A stretch of DNA of 34,515 bases, from the IMG/VR virus record IMGVR_UViG_3300013936_000007, positions 1 to 34,515 of that record; one strand, written 5' to 3'. The translations under genes were made by a program, and so were the position numbers. Below, piece after piece: positions 1 to 7,675 of this stretch. Source of the stretch: a virus. Numbering within the stretch: position 1 is the stretch's first letter; every line of letters begins with the position of its first letter. The notes beneath the pieces were generated by a model. The model ran no database searches, was not told where the DNA came from, and saw only the letters and a list, made by a program, of their open reading frames with translations.

Positions 1-77
1 CCTCCGGCCAGCCGCTTCCATGCGGCGTCGAATTCCTCCCCGCTCCCGTATGCAACGTTTCGGGGCTTTTCTTCCAC
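1..77. repeat. 77-bp terminal direct repeat, identical to 34439..34515
   Basis: cctccggccagccgcttccatgcggcgtcgaattcctcc...cttccac is read at both ends of the window. Confidence 0.95.
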
Positions 78-643
78 CTGACCCAGCAGCGCCTGCGCGA
101 TGGACTTCGGGCGGTCATTGCCGCTCTGCGCTGCTTTGGTCTTCGTCCAGGAAAGAAACCGCAGGTTGTCCACTGCCATTGCCAGCAGCAGGGTTTCCCG
201 GTCGGTCTTTACTCCGGACATTTTGATTTTGATGCGGCTGTTGTCCCTCAAACCGGCAGCGAGCACCGCCAGGGTGGAAACCGGCAGTGCTCGCATATCA
301 TAGATTCCGTAGGTCTCGGCCAGGTCACAGATCAGCGCGGCCCGGTCGGTGGCAATCATACCGGCGAGGGTGCAGAGTTTTTTCCCTGCTCGCCGAAGCC
401 GCGGATGATGTCCGCAATTTCTTCGCCCATCGCCTGGGGCGGCACTCTGCCGTCCTCAGTGCGGATGTGATCATACAGCCGCTTCCGCTGGTCCTTGCCC
501 AACAGCAGCAGACACACCCGGCTCAAGGCAAAAGGGTGGCCGCCGTCGTCCAGCTCTGCCATGGCGTCCACCAGCTCCATGTTGTTCATGGCGTCGTCGG
601 ACAGCTGATACGCAAATCCGCTCTTGGTCTTTCCCTCGATCAT
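1..643 (-). CDS. tail assembly chaperone, long gpGT-like form made by -1 frameshift (last codons GGT GAA TGA wrap to 34438..34436)
   Basis: The -1 frame is open from 386 down to position 1, checked codon by codon. It reads ..LLLAMAVDNLRFLSWTKTKAAQSGNDRPKSIAQALLGQ.., which is typical of gpT. Its stop TGA overlaps the tape measure ATG (ATGA) across the circular junction. Confidence 0.7.
356..643 (-). CDS. tail assembly chaperone, short gpG-like form
   Basis: 95-aa acidic ORF between the major tail protein and the tape measure. Its start overlaps the major tail protein stop (ATGA). Confidence 0.8.
   Translation of the reverse strand: MIEGKTKSGFAYQLSDDAMNNMELVDAMAELDDGGHPFALSRVCLLLLGKDQRKRLYDHIRTEDGRVPPQAMGEEIADIIRGFGEQGKNSAPSPV
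377..383 (-). promoter_or_regulatory. programmed -1 ribosomal frameshift slippery heptamer A_AAA_AAC
   Basis: The minus strand reads CAG GGA AAA AAC TCT, 6 codons before the gpG stop. The downstream ORF is in the -1 frame relative to gpG. Confidence 0.7.
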
Positions 644-1290
644 ACTGTTGCCTCCTGCTGGTTCTCAGCGTCGGCGACCACTGCGGCCTTCTGCGGGCCC
701 TCGGCATTGGGCTGGGCCTCGCTGGCCGTAGAGGTGATCAGGTGCTCATAATGAGTGTTGCCACTGGCGTCAGGCTCAGCGCTGATGGTGACCTCATATC
801 CGATGGGCTGGCCGTCGGCGTAGGTAATGTCGCCTACTTCCGTGACCTTGCCTGCAGGGATCACGATGCGCTTGAGGTTGTTGCCCTGAAGGATCATATC
901 AATGACCCATACGCAGCGCACCTGCTCGGTGCTGTTGGCCTTGACGGTCATGCCGGCAGTGAGAGACCCGGATACATTACTGTCTCCGTATACCGCCTTG
1001 AGCACGGTGTCTCTGAGGCTCTCGAGCATTGTGAACTTAAACGTATCCGGCTTTTCCGTCTGATAATTCAGAACAGTATCTCCGCCCCACGCCTTGACGC
1101 TGTCGGAAGACGGGGAGTTGGAATTGACCACGCCGTCCTCGGAGATATAGCCCACCGGCAAGAATGTCTCAGCCAGGGCAGATTTTGCATCGGTGGGGAT
1201 AGCCGTCCCAGCCGGAGCGCGGTAAATTGCGCCGCCCACCTTAGGCTTGCCGACGCTTACATTTGCGGAATTGTTGGTGGCGTCTGCCAT
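640..1290 (-). CDS. major tail protein
   Basis: 216-aa ORF immediately upstream of the G/GT chaperone pair. The N-terminus VGKPKVGGAIYRAPAGT..LPVGYISEDG resembles siphovirus major tail proteins. Confidence 0.75.
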   Translation of the reverse strand: MADATNNSANVSVGKPKVGGAIYRAPAGTAIPTDAKSALAETFLPVGYISEDGVVNSNSPSSDSVKAWGGDTVLNYQTEKPDTFKFTMLESLRDTVLKAVYGDSNVSGSLTAGMTVKANSTEQVRCVWVIDMILQGNNLKRIVIPAGKVTEVGDITYADGQPIGYEVTISAEPDASGNTHYEHLITSTASEAQPNAEGPQKAAVVADAENQQEATV

Positions 1291-1305
1291 CGTATTGCAC
1301 CTCCA

Positions 1306-1644
1306 TTAGTAATGCACAATATCGTACACCGCCTGATAGCGGTGCCGTTTGATGCTGTCGTCGTTATACGGGTAATCGCTGTTGAGGCTGCTGGCGCAGA
1401 TGCAGTCCAGCTGGATCGCGTTGTCCATAGCGTCCTTCACTTTCTCGTTGAGCTCGGCGGCCTCATACAGGCTTTTCCCATAGCTTTGCAGCGCAATCAT
1501 AGCGCTGCGGATGTAGTTCTCACGCCCGGAGCCGGTTTTCTCCACCAGCACGCAGCGTTCCGGCAGGGTTTCCGGCATGTCTGCATACACCGGGCAGTCC
1601 AGCTGGGTGGAGAGATAGTCGCGGATCACTTTTTCGATAATCAT
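1306..1644 (-). CDS. tail terminator / tail completion protein (tentative)
   Basis: 112-aa ORF in the position between the neck genes and the major tail gene. Confidence 0.5.
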   Translation of the reverse strand: MIIEKVIRDYLSTQLDCPVYADMPETLPERCVLVEKTGSGRENYIRSAMIALQSYGKSLYEAAELNEKVKDAMDNAIQLDCICASSLNSDYPYNDDSIKRHRYQAVYDIVHY

Positions 1645-1669
1645 GATTATTTCCTCCGCTGATATGCGT

Positions 1670-1999
1670 TCACCCAGATCTTCTTCCCGTTTTTACCCTT
1701 GCGCCAGTATCCTTCGACTTTTTTCCGGTTCTCGGTGCGCTGGCGCTGCTAGACGGCACCTTGACGCCCATGGCCTTGAGCATGGTGTTATTATTGGCGT
1801 TGTCCTGGAGCGCATCCGGATCCTCGGTGCACACGGACACATTGGCGCGGGTTTTGCCGATATGCTGACTGGTCTGGTACTGGTCGCCCAGTTGAGCGCG
1901 GATGTTGTCTGCCTGAGATTGGAGCACATCCACGATTTCCTGAGATTTCAGTAAAGTCTGGATTCCGGCGCTGTCCAGCTGAATTTCGAGCTTACTCAT
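1670..1999 (-). CDS. neck/head-tail joining protein, HK97 gp10-like (tentative)
   Basis: 109-aa ORF, assigned by synteny in the connector block. Confidence 0.4.
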   Translation of the reverse strand: MSKLEIQLDSAGIQTLLKSQEIVDVLQSQADNIRAQLGDQYQTSQHIGKTRANVSVCTEDPDALQDNANNNTMLKAMGVKVPSSSASAPRTGKKSKDTGARVKTGRRSG

Positions 2000-2321
2000 A
2001 CCGTTCCACCTTGACCTTTCGGTTCCATCGCAGCGGAATCATCGCTTCAATCCCCTCCGTTACCGCGCCATACGTCCGGAATTTCTGGCCGAAGAACTTC
2101 ACCGTGACATTATCCCAGTCGTGGCTGTCGCCCTTGGGCAGCGCCAGGGTGTAGGCAAGTCGATGGCCGTACAACTGGAGATCGTTGACGATGTCCTCAG
2201 TGGTTGGCTCGCCGATCAGGACATTATGGATGACCTCAGGGGCCTCCGAATAAATCGGGGCCCCGAAGCCGTCCACGCCGGTCTGGGTTTTGTTGTATCG
2301 GATGATATCAATCCCCCGCAT
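1992..2321 (-). CDS. head closure / head-tail adaptor protein
   Basis: 109-aa ORF overlapping its neighbours, assigned by synteny after the gp6-like connector. Confidence 0.55.
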   Translation of the reverse strand: MRGIDIIRYNKTQTGVDGFGAPIYSEAPEVIHNVLIGEPTTEDIVNDLQLYGHRLAYTLALPKGDSHDWDNVTVKFFGQKFRTYGAVTEGIEAMIPLRWNRKVKVERYE

Positions 2322-2703
2322 CGGTCATACCCTCCAGCGGGGAGTGGGCCCCGATCCGGTTGCCCACTCCCAGAAGTTTTTTGTCCAATTTGGACAAATA
2401 CAGCTCGCCCACCGCGCCGCTGCCCATGGTCCAGCTCTGGCTGTAGCCCATGGCGCTCATGCTGCCCTGGGTGGAACCCATCGGGAATTGGATATCGCCG
2501 CCGTCTCCTGCGCCCAGCTGCCGCCGGACCATCCGGCAGGACACCAAGCGTTTTGCATCTGCACTGGCGGCCTGGTTGTAGGCGTCAATGATGATCGCGG
2601 CCTCCTGGAGCAGTGCCTCAGCGCGGGTCTGCTCCTCCGACGTCAGGACGCGGAATCCGTCCTCGACGTCGTAGGCGGTGGCGTATGTCAGATCAGATGC
2701 CAT
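2308..2703 (-). CDS. head-tail connector protein (gp6-like)
   Basis: Start refined to the ATG at 2703, just after the upstream stop at 2705. The N-terminus MASDLTYATAYDVEDGFRVLTSEEQTRAEALLQEA is typical of gp6-like connectors. Confidence 0.6.
   Translation of the reverse strand: MASDLTYATAYDVEDGFRVLTSEEQTRAEALLQEAAIIIDAYNQAASADAKRLVSCRMVRRQLGAGDGGDIQFPMGSTQGSMSAMGYSQSWTMGSGAVGELYLSKLDKKLLGVGNRIGAHSPLEGMTDAGD
2382..2396. repeat. dispersed palindrome copy 1: TGTCCAATTTGGACA (perfect; extends to 19 bp, TTTGTCCAATTTGGACAAA)
   Basis: Inside the connector gene; translated as L-S-K-L-D-K. Confidence 0.95.
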
Positions 2704-2704
2704 C

Positions 2705-2950
2705 TCATTCGCCCACTTCGCTTTCCGGCGCAGCGGTTTCCTGAGGCTGTGCGACCTCCTGGGGCTGTGCATCTTCCTGGGGCTGTGCGTCTTCCGATGC
2801 GTCTGCCTGTTTGCTGGGCTTGGCTTTTCCTGCCTTCGCCGTCTTTCCGGGGTGCTTGTGCCCCAACTTCAGGTATTCCTCCACCCGGCTATCATCGACC
2901 CACATCTCCGTGCCAGTCATGGCGTTAATCAACTTGGTCATATCGTTCAC
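2705..2950 (-). CDS. small acidic protein with Q-P-Q-E repeats (possible head decoration or unknown function)
   Basis: 81-aa ORF directly after the major capsid gene. The C-terminus reads EDAQPQEDAQPQEVAQPQE. Confidence 0.5.
   Translation of the reverse strand: MNDMTKLINAMTGTEMWVDDSRVEEYLKLGHKHPGKTAKAGKAKPSKQADASEDAQPQEDAQPQEVAQPQETAAPESEVGE
2741..2794. repeat. 3 x 18-bp tandem repeat (ctgRggctgtgcNNcYtc)
   Basis: ctgaggctgtgcgacctc / ctggggctgtgcatcttc / ctggggctgtgcgtcttc. It encodes the QPQE(D/V)A repeats. Confidence 0.85.
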
Positions 2951-2951
2951 C

Positions 2952-3845
2952 TCACGCCTTAGTCAGCCGGTTAAACACGCTGGTGTCGCAGCGGAAGCCG
3001 ACCTCGATCTCAGCGCGCACGGCAAACATGTTCTGCTGGAACAGGTTAATGGTGGTACTGCCGTCGGTCAGGGTGGCCTGATCGGAGATTGCCACCTGTA
3101 CACCCTCTACGGTGCCATAAACCGCCTGGGTCCAGTCACCGGCATAGCCAACGGTGGCAGGCACAGCCTCGACCTTGGGAGGGCCGTCACTGGCTGCTAC
3201 CGGGGCAATATACGCGCCCTTACTCTGCTTCGCCGGTGCACCCAGAATCATGGGGACAGCGCCTTCCGCCACACTGTTAATAAACAGCGGGCGCTTGTTG
3301 TTGTCGGTAGCGGTCAGCAGCAGGCTCTTACCCTTGGGCGAGAGAACCCAGCCGTTCAGGATACCGTCATGATCCGCAATGTCCGCATCCGCAGCCACCA
3401 GACCATTGTAGGTGTTGGTGCCGATCTCCTGGGCAGTGCAGTTCTTGAGGGTATCGAAGTTGGAACCGGGCACAGCAGTGTTGCCGAAAACGGTGCTGTC
3501 AAATGCCTTGCCCAGTGCTTTGGGAAGCCGCTGCACCAGCGCGTCATACAGCGCAGGGACATCCCGCTTGAACTGGTTGGAGAACGGCACAATGACCGCC
3601 AGCGTGTACGGGGTAATCACCTTGGTTGCAAGGCTGCCGCGCTTTACGGGCTTCTTGTCGGTCTCCCCCACCCACGCCGCTTCGGGGTCGCCGGTAATAA
3701 CGGGGATGGTCACACCCAGGCCCGGCAGCGTAATCTGACGCGCCAGAGACATGACGGCGGAATCCTCCTGGGTTTTCTGCAAGATCTCCGATGCCACCGC
3801 CGTGGGCAGGGAGATGGAGCTGGTTCTGTTCAAATCGATTGCCAT
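2952..3845 (-). CDS. major capsid protein
   Basis: 297-aa ORF after the scaffold gene, with RBS AGTGAGGA. Confidence 0.8.
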   Translation of the reverse strand: MAIDLNRTSSISLPTAVASEILQKTQEDSAVMSLARQITLPGLGVTIPVITGDPEAAWVGETDKKPVKRGSLATKVITPYTLAVIVPFSNQFKRDVPALYDALVQRLPKALGKAFDSTVFGNTAVPGSNFDTLKNCTAQEIGTNTYNGLVAADADIADHDGILNGWVLSPKGKSLLLTATDNNKRPLFINSVAEGAVPMILGAPAKQSKGAYIAPVAASDGPPKVEAVPATVGYAGDWTQAVYGTVEGVQVAISDQATLTDGSTTINLFQQNMFAVRAEIEVGFRCDTSVFNRLTKA

Positions 3846-3862
3846 AGCTTAATTCCTCACTT

Positions 3863-4357
3863 TCATTTCGTTGCCTGATTAAACCAATCCGCAAACTGGT
3901 CTCGTGTGCTGCCGGTCGGCTTGGCCTGAGGGTCGCCGCCATCCCGGATTACGGTTCCGCCGCTGACCGGCTTGGCATAGTCCAGGATCGCCTGGGCCTG
4001 AGCCTTGCAGCTGTCCTCATCCTCTCCATACAGCAGGCTTGCCGGCACGCCGGTTTCCTTACTGACCTTCTCCCGGATGCTCCGGAGGTTGTCGGCCTTG
4101 GTGTATGCATCCACCTGTGCCTGAAGCGCTGCAACTTTCTCCGTGGCCTTCTGGAGGTCGGTTTTGTCTGCCTCCTGAGCAGCGTCATACTTCGCAGCCT
4201 TCTCCTTGAGGGCTGCATAATCTGCGTACTGCTCCCGCTCCCGGCTCAGCCGATCCGTAACGATGGCGTTCAGTTCCGACTGGGTGAAAGTACGCTCCTG
4301 GGTTCCGGCCCCAGTGCCGCCGCTTGTGATTTCCTGCTTCACAGTTTCTTTTTCCAT
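3863..4357 (-). CDS. capsid scaffolding protein
   Basis: 164-aa charged, coiled-coil-like ORF (..SELNAIVTDRLSREREQYADYAALKEKAAKYD..) directly upstream of the capsid gene, with RBS AAAGGAGA. Confidence 0.75.
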   Translation of the reverse strand: MEKETVKQEITSGGTGAGTQERTFTQSELNAIVTDRLSREREQYADYAALKEKAAKYDAAQEADKTDLQKATEKVAALQAQVDAYTKADNLRSIREKVSKETGVPASLLYGEDEDSCKAQAQAILDYAKPVSGGTVIRDGGDPQAKPTGSTRDQFADWFNQATK

Positions 4358-4399
4358 AATAGTCTCCTTTCCGGCTTATGCCGCCGTGGCGTAATTTAT

Positions 4400-4436
4400 A
4401 CAAAATAGGCAGCACCGGAATCCGGTGCTGCCTATT
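4400..4436 (-). terminator. rho-independent terminator after the small membrane-protein gene
   Basis: Perfect 15-bp stem AATAGGCAGCACCGG / CCGGTGCTGCCTATT with a 3-nt loop, followed on the minus strand by TTTTGTAT. Confidence 0.7.
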
Positions 4437-4459
4437 GCATATGAAGTTGTATAGATTGT

Positions 4460-4651
4460 TCAGCTCCTGCGTTCGATTAGCACGATCACCACAACAATTC
4501 CAATCCAAACCAAAGCCGAAGCCCACACAGGTGCCAGCGTCCAAATCCAAGACCAGCTGATAACGCCGGTGAGTTTCAGCACGATAAAAACAAGCGTCAG
4601 CAGCCCGCAAAAGCCAATGCGCACGCCGCTGCCGCCATCTGAATCTTTCAT
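4460..4651 (-). CDS. small two-TM membrane protein
   Basis: 63 aa, with hydrophobic segments GFCGLLTLVFIVLKLTGVI and WTLAPVWASALVWIGIVVVIVLI. RBS GAAAGGAAA. Confidence 0.6.
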   Translation of the reverse strand: MKDSDGGSGVRIGFCGLLTLVFIVLKLTGVISWSWIWTLAPVWASALVWIGIVVVIVLIERRS

Positions 4652-4675
4652 TTGTTTTTCCTTTCTCAGGTGGGG

Positions 4676-4704
4676 TTGACAGATTTGCAGAAATGCCTTA
4701 TACT
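4676..4704 (+). promoter_or_regulatory. orphan plus-strand sigma-70-like promoter (TTGACA-17-TATACT)
   Basis: -35 TTGACA at 4676..4681, exact 17-nt spacer, -10 TATACT at 4699..4704. It points away from every annotated CDS. Confidence 0.5.
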
Positions 4705-4710
4705 GAACTT

Positions 4711-4780
4711 GATCCCCCGAAGGGGACAGCGAAGCGAATCGAACCTCTGCTAATTTGGCGGGGGGGCGGTTCGCTTTTTT
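4711..4780 (+). ncRNA. candidate ~70-nt antisense small RNA
   Basis: Lies between the orphan promoter and a T6 run at 4775..4780 preceded by CGAACC...GGTTCG pairing. Contains a CCCC-CGAA-GGGG hairpin. It is antisense to the MuF-to-membrane-gene intergenic mRNA. Confidence 0.3.
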
Positions 4781-5972
4781 AATATCTTCTCACGGATGCC
4801 AGTTTCCCCTTGCTCAGCACAAGGATATCTACGTTCCCGTTCGTTTCGTACCATCCCATTCGTTTATCCACCACAGACCAGAGCTTTTCCTCGGAGAATT
4901 CCAGGTCTCCAAGATCGAGGATAATGCCTCCGGGGTTCGCTTGAATTTGCGCGAATCCATGGCGCACAGCGGAGTTCGCAGCCTTTTCGCTGGAGATGGT
5001 TTTGAGGTCCCATAGTTTTTCATTCCACAGGTAATCCGGCGTTTTTACCTTATCTTCGTTGGCTTCCCGCAGCAGCGTGACGTCTCCACCCAGGTTATCA
5101 TGCAGCCACTGTGCAATCTTGACTTCCTCCGGGTGGGTGCCTTCTTGATATCCATCTCCCAAAACGATGGATCCACTTCCAGGCTTCGCGGCCTTTATGT
5201 ACTCAGCCGTAACGCTTCCGCGCGTAGCCCGAAGCGTAATCGTCTTCGCGCCGCTGGCTTCCAGGGCCTTTCTGGCGTGATAGGCTTCCCGCTGTTGGGC
5301 GTTCACCAGCTCCTTGTTCTCCTCCCGCTGCGCCCGGCGCATGGAGTTGATTTTCTCGCTGGGTGTGCTGCCCTCAGCGTTTTCGTACATCCGGAGGTAC
5401 TTGTCCGGATCATACCCGGCCACATTCGTTCGAGACGAAAATCGGATCGCATAGTTGCACTTGCAGTGGGCGTGAATGTGCTGGGCGTGGCCGTTTTTAA
5501 TGGCCTTTTTGCTGGCCCGCTGCCAGCCCCGACTTGCCAGGGTCAGGCAAAAGGCACATCCCAGGCCGCCGGGGATCCAGGCGAATTCCGCCCCGTCCCG
5601 CAGCGCGTTTTTCAGGATGGTGTCCGCACCGGCCTGCTTCACCAGGCGGCTGGTGGTGCCGGAGATCTGCGGTGGACTGCTAAGTGTGCTGTAAATGGCC
5701 TTTGCCACCTCTGCCATACTGGGCGGCTGGGCAGGCTCTGCCGGGCTGACGGTCACGCCCTCCGCCGCTGCCAGCTCATCGTACATCTGGGCTGCCAGTT
5801 CCGCGCTACCTTCGCCGTATTTGGTCACCAGGGCATTGGCGTAGACGATCAGGCCCTCGGTGTCCTCCGTTCCGTACTTGGCAATATACTGTGCCATGGC
5901 GTCCCCGGCGCGTTTGTCCAATTTGGACAGCCGCTGGACGTAATTACTCCAGTCCCGCTCCGAGATTGTCAT
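4779..5972 (-). CDS. MuF/SPP1 gp7-like head morphogenesis protein with C-terminal PD-(D/E)xK nuclease-like toxin domain
   Basis: Located after the portal gene. The central Cys/His cluster GCAFC...HAHCKC is typical of MuF-like minor capsid proteins. The C-terminal ~140 aa carry E..(n)..TPDYLWNEKLWDLKT, matching the PD...(D/E)xK pattern. Confidence 0.65.
   Translation of the reverse strand: MTISERDWSNYVQRLSKLDKRAGDAMAQYIAKYGTEDTEGLIVYANALVTKYGEGSAELAAQMYDELAAAEGVTVSPAEPAQPPSMAEVAKAIYSTLSSPPQISGTTSRLVKQAGADTILKNALRDGAEFAWIPGGLGCAFCLTLASRGWQRASKKAIKNGHAQHIHAHCKCNYAIRFSSRTNVAGYDPDKYLRMYENAEGSTPSEKINSMRRAQREENKELVNAQQREAYHARKALEASGAKTITLRATRGSVTAEYIKAAKPGSGSIVLGDGYQEGTHPEEVKIAQWLHDNLGGDVTLLREANEDKVKTPDYLWNEKLWDLKTISSEKAANSAVRHGFAQIQANPGGIILDLGDLEFSEEKLWSVVDKRMGWYETNGNVDILVLSKGKLASVRRY
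5915..5929. repeat. dispersed palindrome copy 2: TGTCCAATTTGGACA (perfect)
   Basis: Inside the MuF-like gene; translated as L-S-K-L-D-K. Confidence 0.95.
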
Positions 5973-6261
5973 GGACTCCTACCCCCTTATCATCCAGGTA
6001 CACATCCGCATAGATTTTGCGCGGGTTATACCCCAGCATTTTAATTGCCGCGGGAGCGTTTTCGTTCACGAGGTTCGGACGCAGACCATTGGACACGCAA
6101 AACACGATTGCATCGCTCAGCCGTTTTCCGGCTCGGCAAGTCCACAGAATGATAATATCACCGGAGCGCTGGCGCAGTGCCAGATGCCGAAATAGCCTAT
6201 GGTTTGCGCTGCCGTCTTGCAGCTGGAGTGTCCCATCAAAGTCAACTGCTATGATTGCCAT
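5944..6261 (-). CDS. small HAD-like hydrolase-fold protein (tentative)
   Basis: MAIIAVDFDGTL contains a DxDGT HAD motif I. The ATG at 6261 is preferred over the TTG at 6267. Confidence 0.45.
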   Translation of the reverse strand: MAIIAVDFDGTLQLQDGSANHRLFRHLALRQRSGDIIILWTCRAGKRLSDAIVFCVSNGLRPNLVNENAPAAIKMLGYNPRKIYADVYLDDKGVGVHDNLGAGLE

Positions 6262-7663
6262 CGTCAACGTCCTCGTTGTTCAGCTCCGTCAGCACCTTCT
6301 GCCCCCTGACCCGCTGTTCCTGGGCGCGGATCCTCCGGATGTCCGCCTGGTCAAACCCGATCATCTCGAGAAAAGTGTCGGTAGACGCGAATTCCTGCCT
6401 CGCGGAAGCGATTTTGATAGCGGCATCCGCGGTCACGGCCACGCTGGGCATAGCTGGATTTTTGAAATGCGCCACGATGTCCTGCTCAGCGTCCTCCAGC
6501 GCATCCAGACTGCAATTCCGGGCAACCGCCTGCGCCATCAGTGCAATGGTCTTAAGGCTGTCCCCATTGCCGGAGTTCAGCTGCTGGGCCATCAGCACCA
6601 GCGTCTGGCTTTGAGCGAGGATTGCGTCCGAGCTGGTGGGGTTGGCGTCGTTGATAATGCCCACATCCGTCACGGTCAGCCCGGTGGCAGCAGAAAACTG
6701 CGTCGCCACCATCCGGAGCTTGTCCACATGGGGGCTGAGACTGCCCTGGGCGAGCTGGCCGAAGGTCGGATTTTGCCCGGTCTCCGGGTTCTGCGTCGCG
6801 GCGATCAGGCTGCCCATGTACTGCCGAAACTTGTCCGACATAATCACGTCATACTGCTCATCCGTAACACCCAAAAGGTACTTCTGCGGCGTGGTATCAA
6901 ACTCCAGTGCAATGGTGGCGTTGGCAAGTACCCGGATATAGTCGTCGATCAGCGTCCGGATGGGGTATTTCAGCCGGGAGCGTCCAAAGGGTTTCCCGTT
7001 GGTAGCATTCCATACCAACGGCTCCATGATCGGTCTGCCGATGCTGTGCGCCAGCCGTGTTTTTACGTTCCACCCACTCGGCGTGCGGCTGAGCACGATA
7101 ATGGCTTTGTCGGTGTAGAGATTCACCAGGGACGGCGTCCAGCTGTCCTTATATTTTTCGTCCTTCGCGGTGTCGATGATTGCCAGACCGCAGGATATGC
7201 GCCCTTTGTCGCCGTCCCACAGCGCCGATGCGGTGGCGGGACTGTGCCAGCGGATCTTGCACCCCAGCTCATCATCCGGCGACAGCGTAGCAAAGACACA
7301 GCCGTATTTCAGCTCATCTCGGCACGCCTTTTGGTACTCTGCTACCATACGGTTTTTCTCGATGATCTCAGTCAGCGCCGTGGTGTCATTGCCGTTCGCG
7401 CCCACAAAGCCGTCAAACATGGACCGGGCAGCCAGCACATCCACGGCGGTCTGGCCCCAGTTACACCCGACCGCCAGCCGTCCCAGCCCGTCCGGGAGCG
7501 CAATGCCGATGTTGACGTCCCGCAGGGTGACCTGCCCCTCATAGTACTTGTCTTTGGTGGCATTTTTACTCTGATGGTAGTTATACACGTCGGCAAGCTC
7601 CACCAGCTGCTGCTGTTCCGCGTCATTCAGCCCCTGGACACGTCCAAAGTTCAAACTTGTCAT
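6242..7663 (-). CDS. portal protein
   Basis: 473-aa ORF directly after the large terminase, with RBS AAGAAGGTGA. Confidence 0.8.
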   Translation of the reverse strand: MTSLNFGRVQGLNDAEQQQLVELADVYNYHQSKNATKDKYYEGQVTLRDVNIGIALPDGLGRLAVGCNWGQTAVDVLAARSMFDGFVGANGNDTTALTEIIEKNRMVAEYQKACRDELKYGCVFATLSPDDELGCKIRWHSPATASALWDGDKGRISCGLAIIDTAKDEKYKDSWTPSLVNLYTDKAIIVLSRTPSGWNVKTRLAHSIGRPIMEPLVWNATNGKPFGRSRLKYPIRTLIDDYIRVLANATIALEFDTTPQKYLLGVTDEQYDVIMSDKFRQYMGSLIAATQNPETGQNPTFGQLAQGSLSPHVDKLRMVATQFSAATGLTVTDVGIINDANPTSSDAILAQSQTLVLMAQQLNSGNGDSLKTIALMAQAVARNCSLDALEDAEQDIVAHFKNPAMPSVAVTADAAIKIASARQEFASTDTFLEMIGFDQADIRRIRAQEQRVRGQKVLTELNNEDVDDGNHSS

Positions 7664-7675
7664 ATCTTCACCTTC

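Noticed and set aside
1-77. Terminal repeat interpreted as biological DTR/LTR or as att sites of an integrated prophage
   Set aside because: Genes read continuously through the junction (chaperone into tape measure). An attP with a tRNA fragment exists elsewhere in the genome, and 77 bp equals a common assembler k-mer. An assembly overlap is more parsimonious.
4731-4750. gcgaatcgaacc, which resembles a tRNA T-loop on the minus strand
   Set aside because: The flanking bases cannot form a T-stem, acceptor stem or anticodon arm, so it is not a tRNA.
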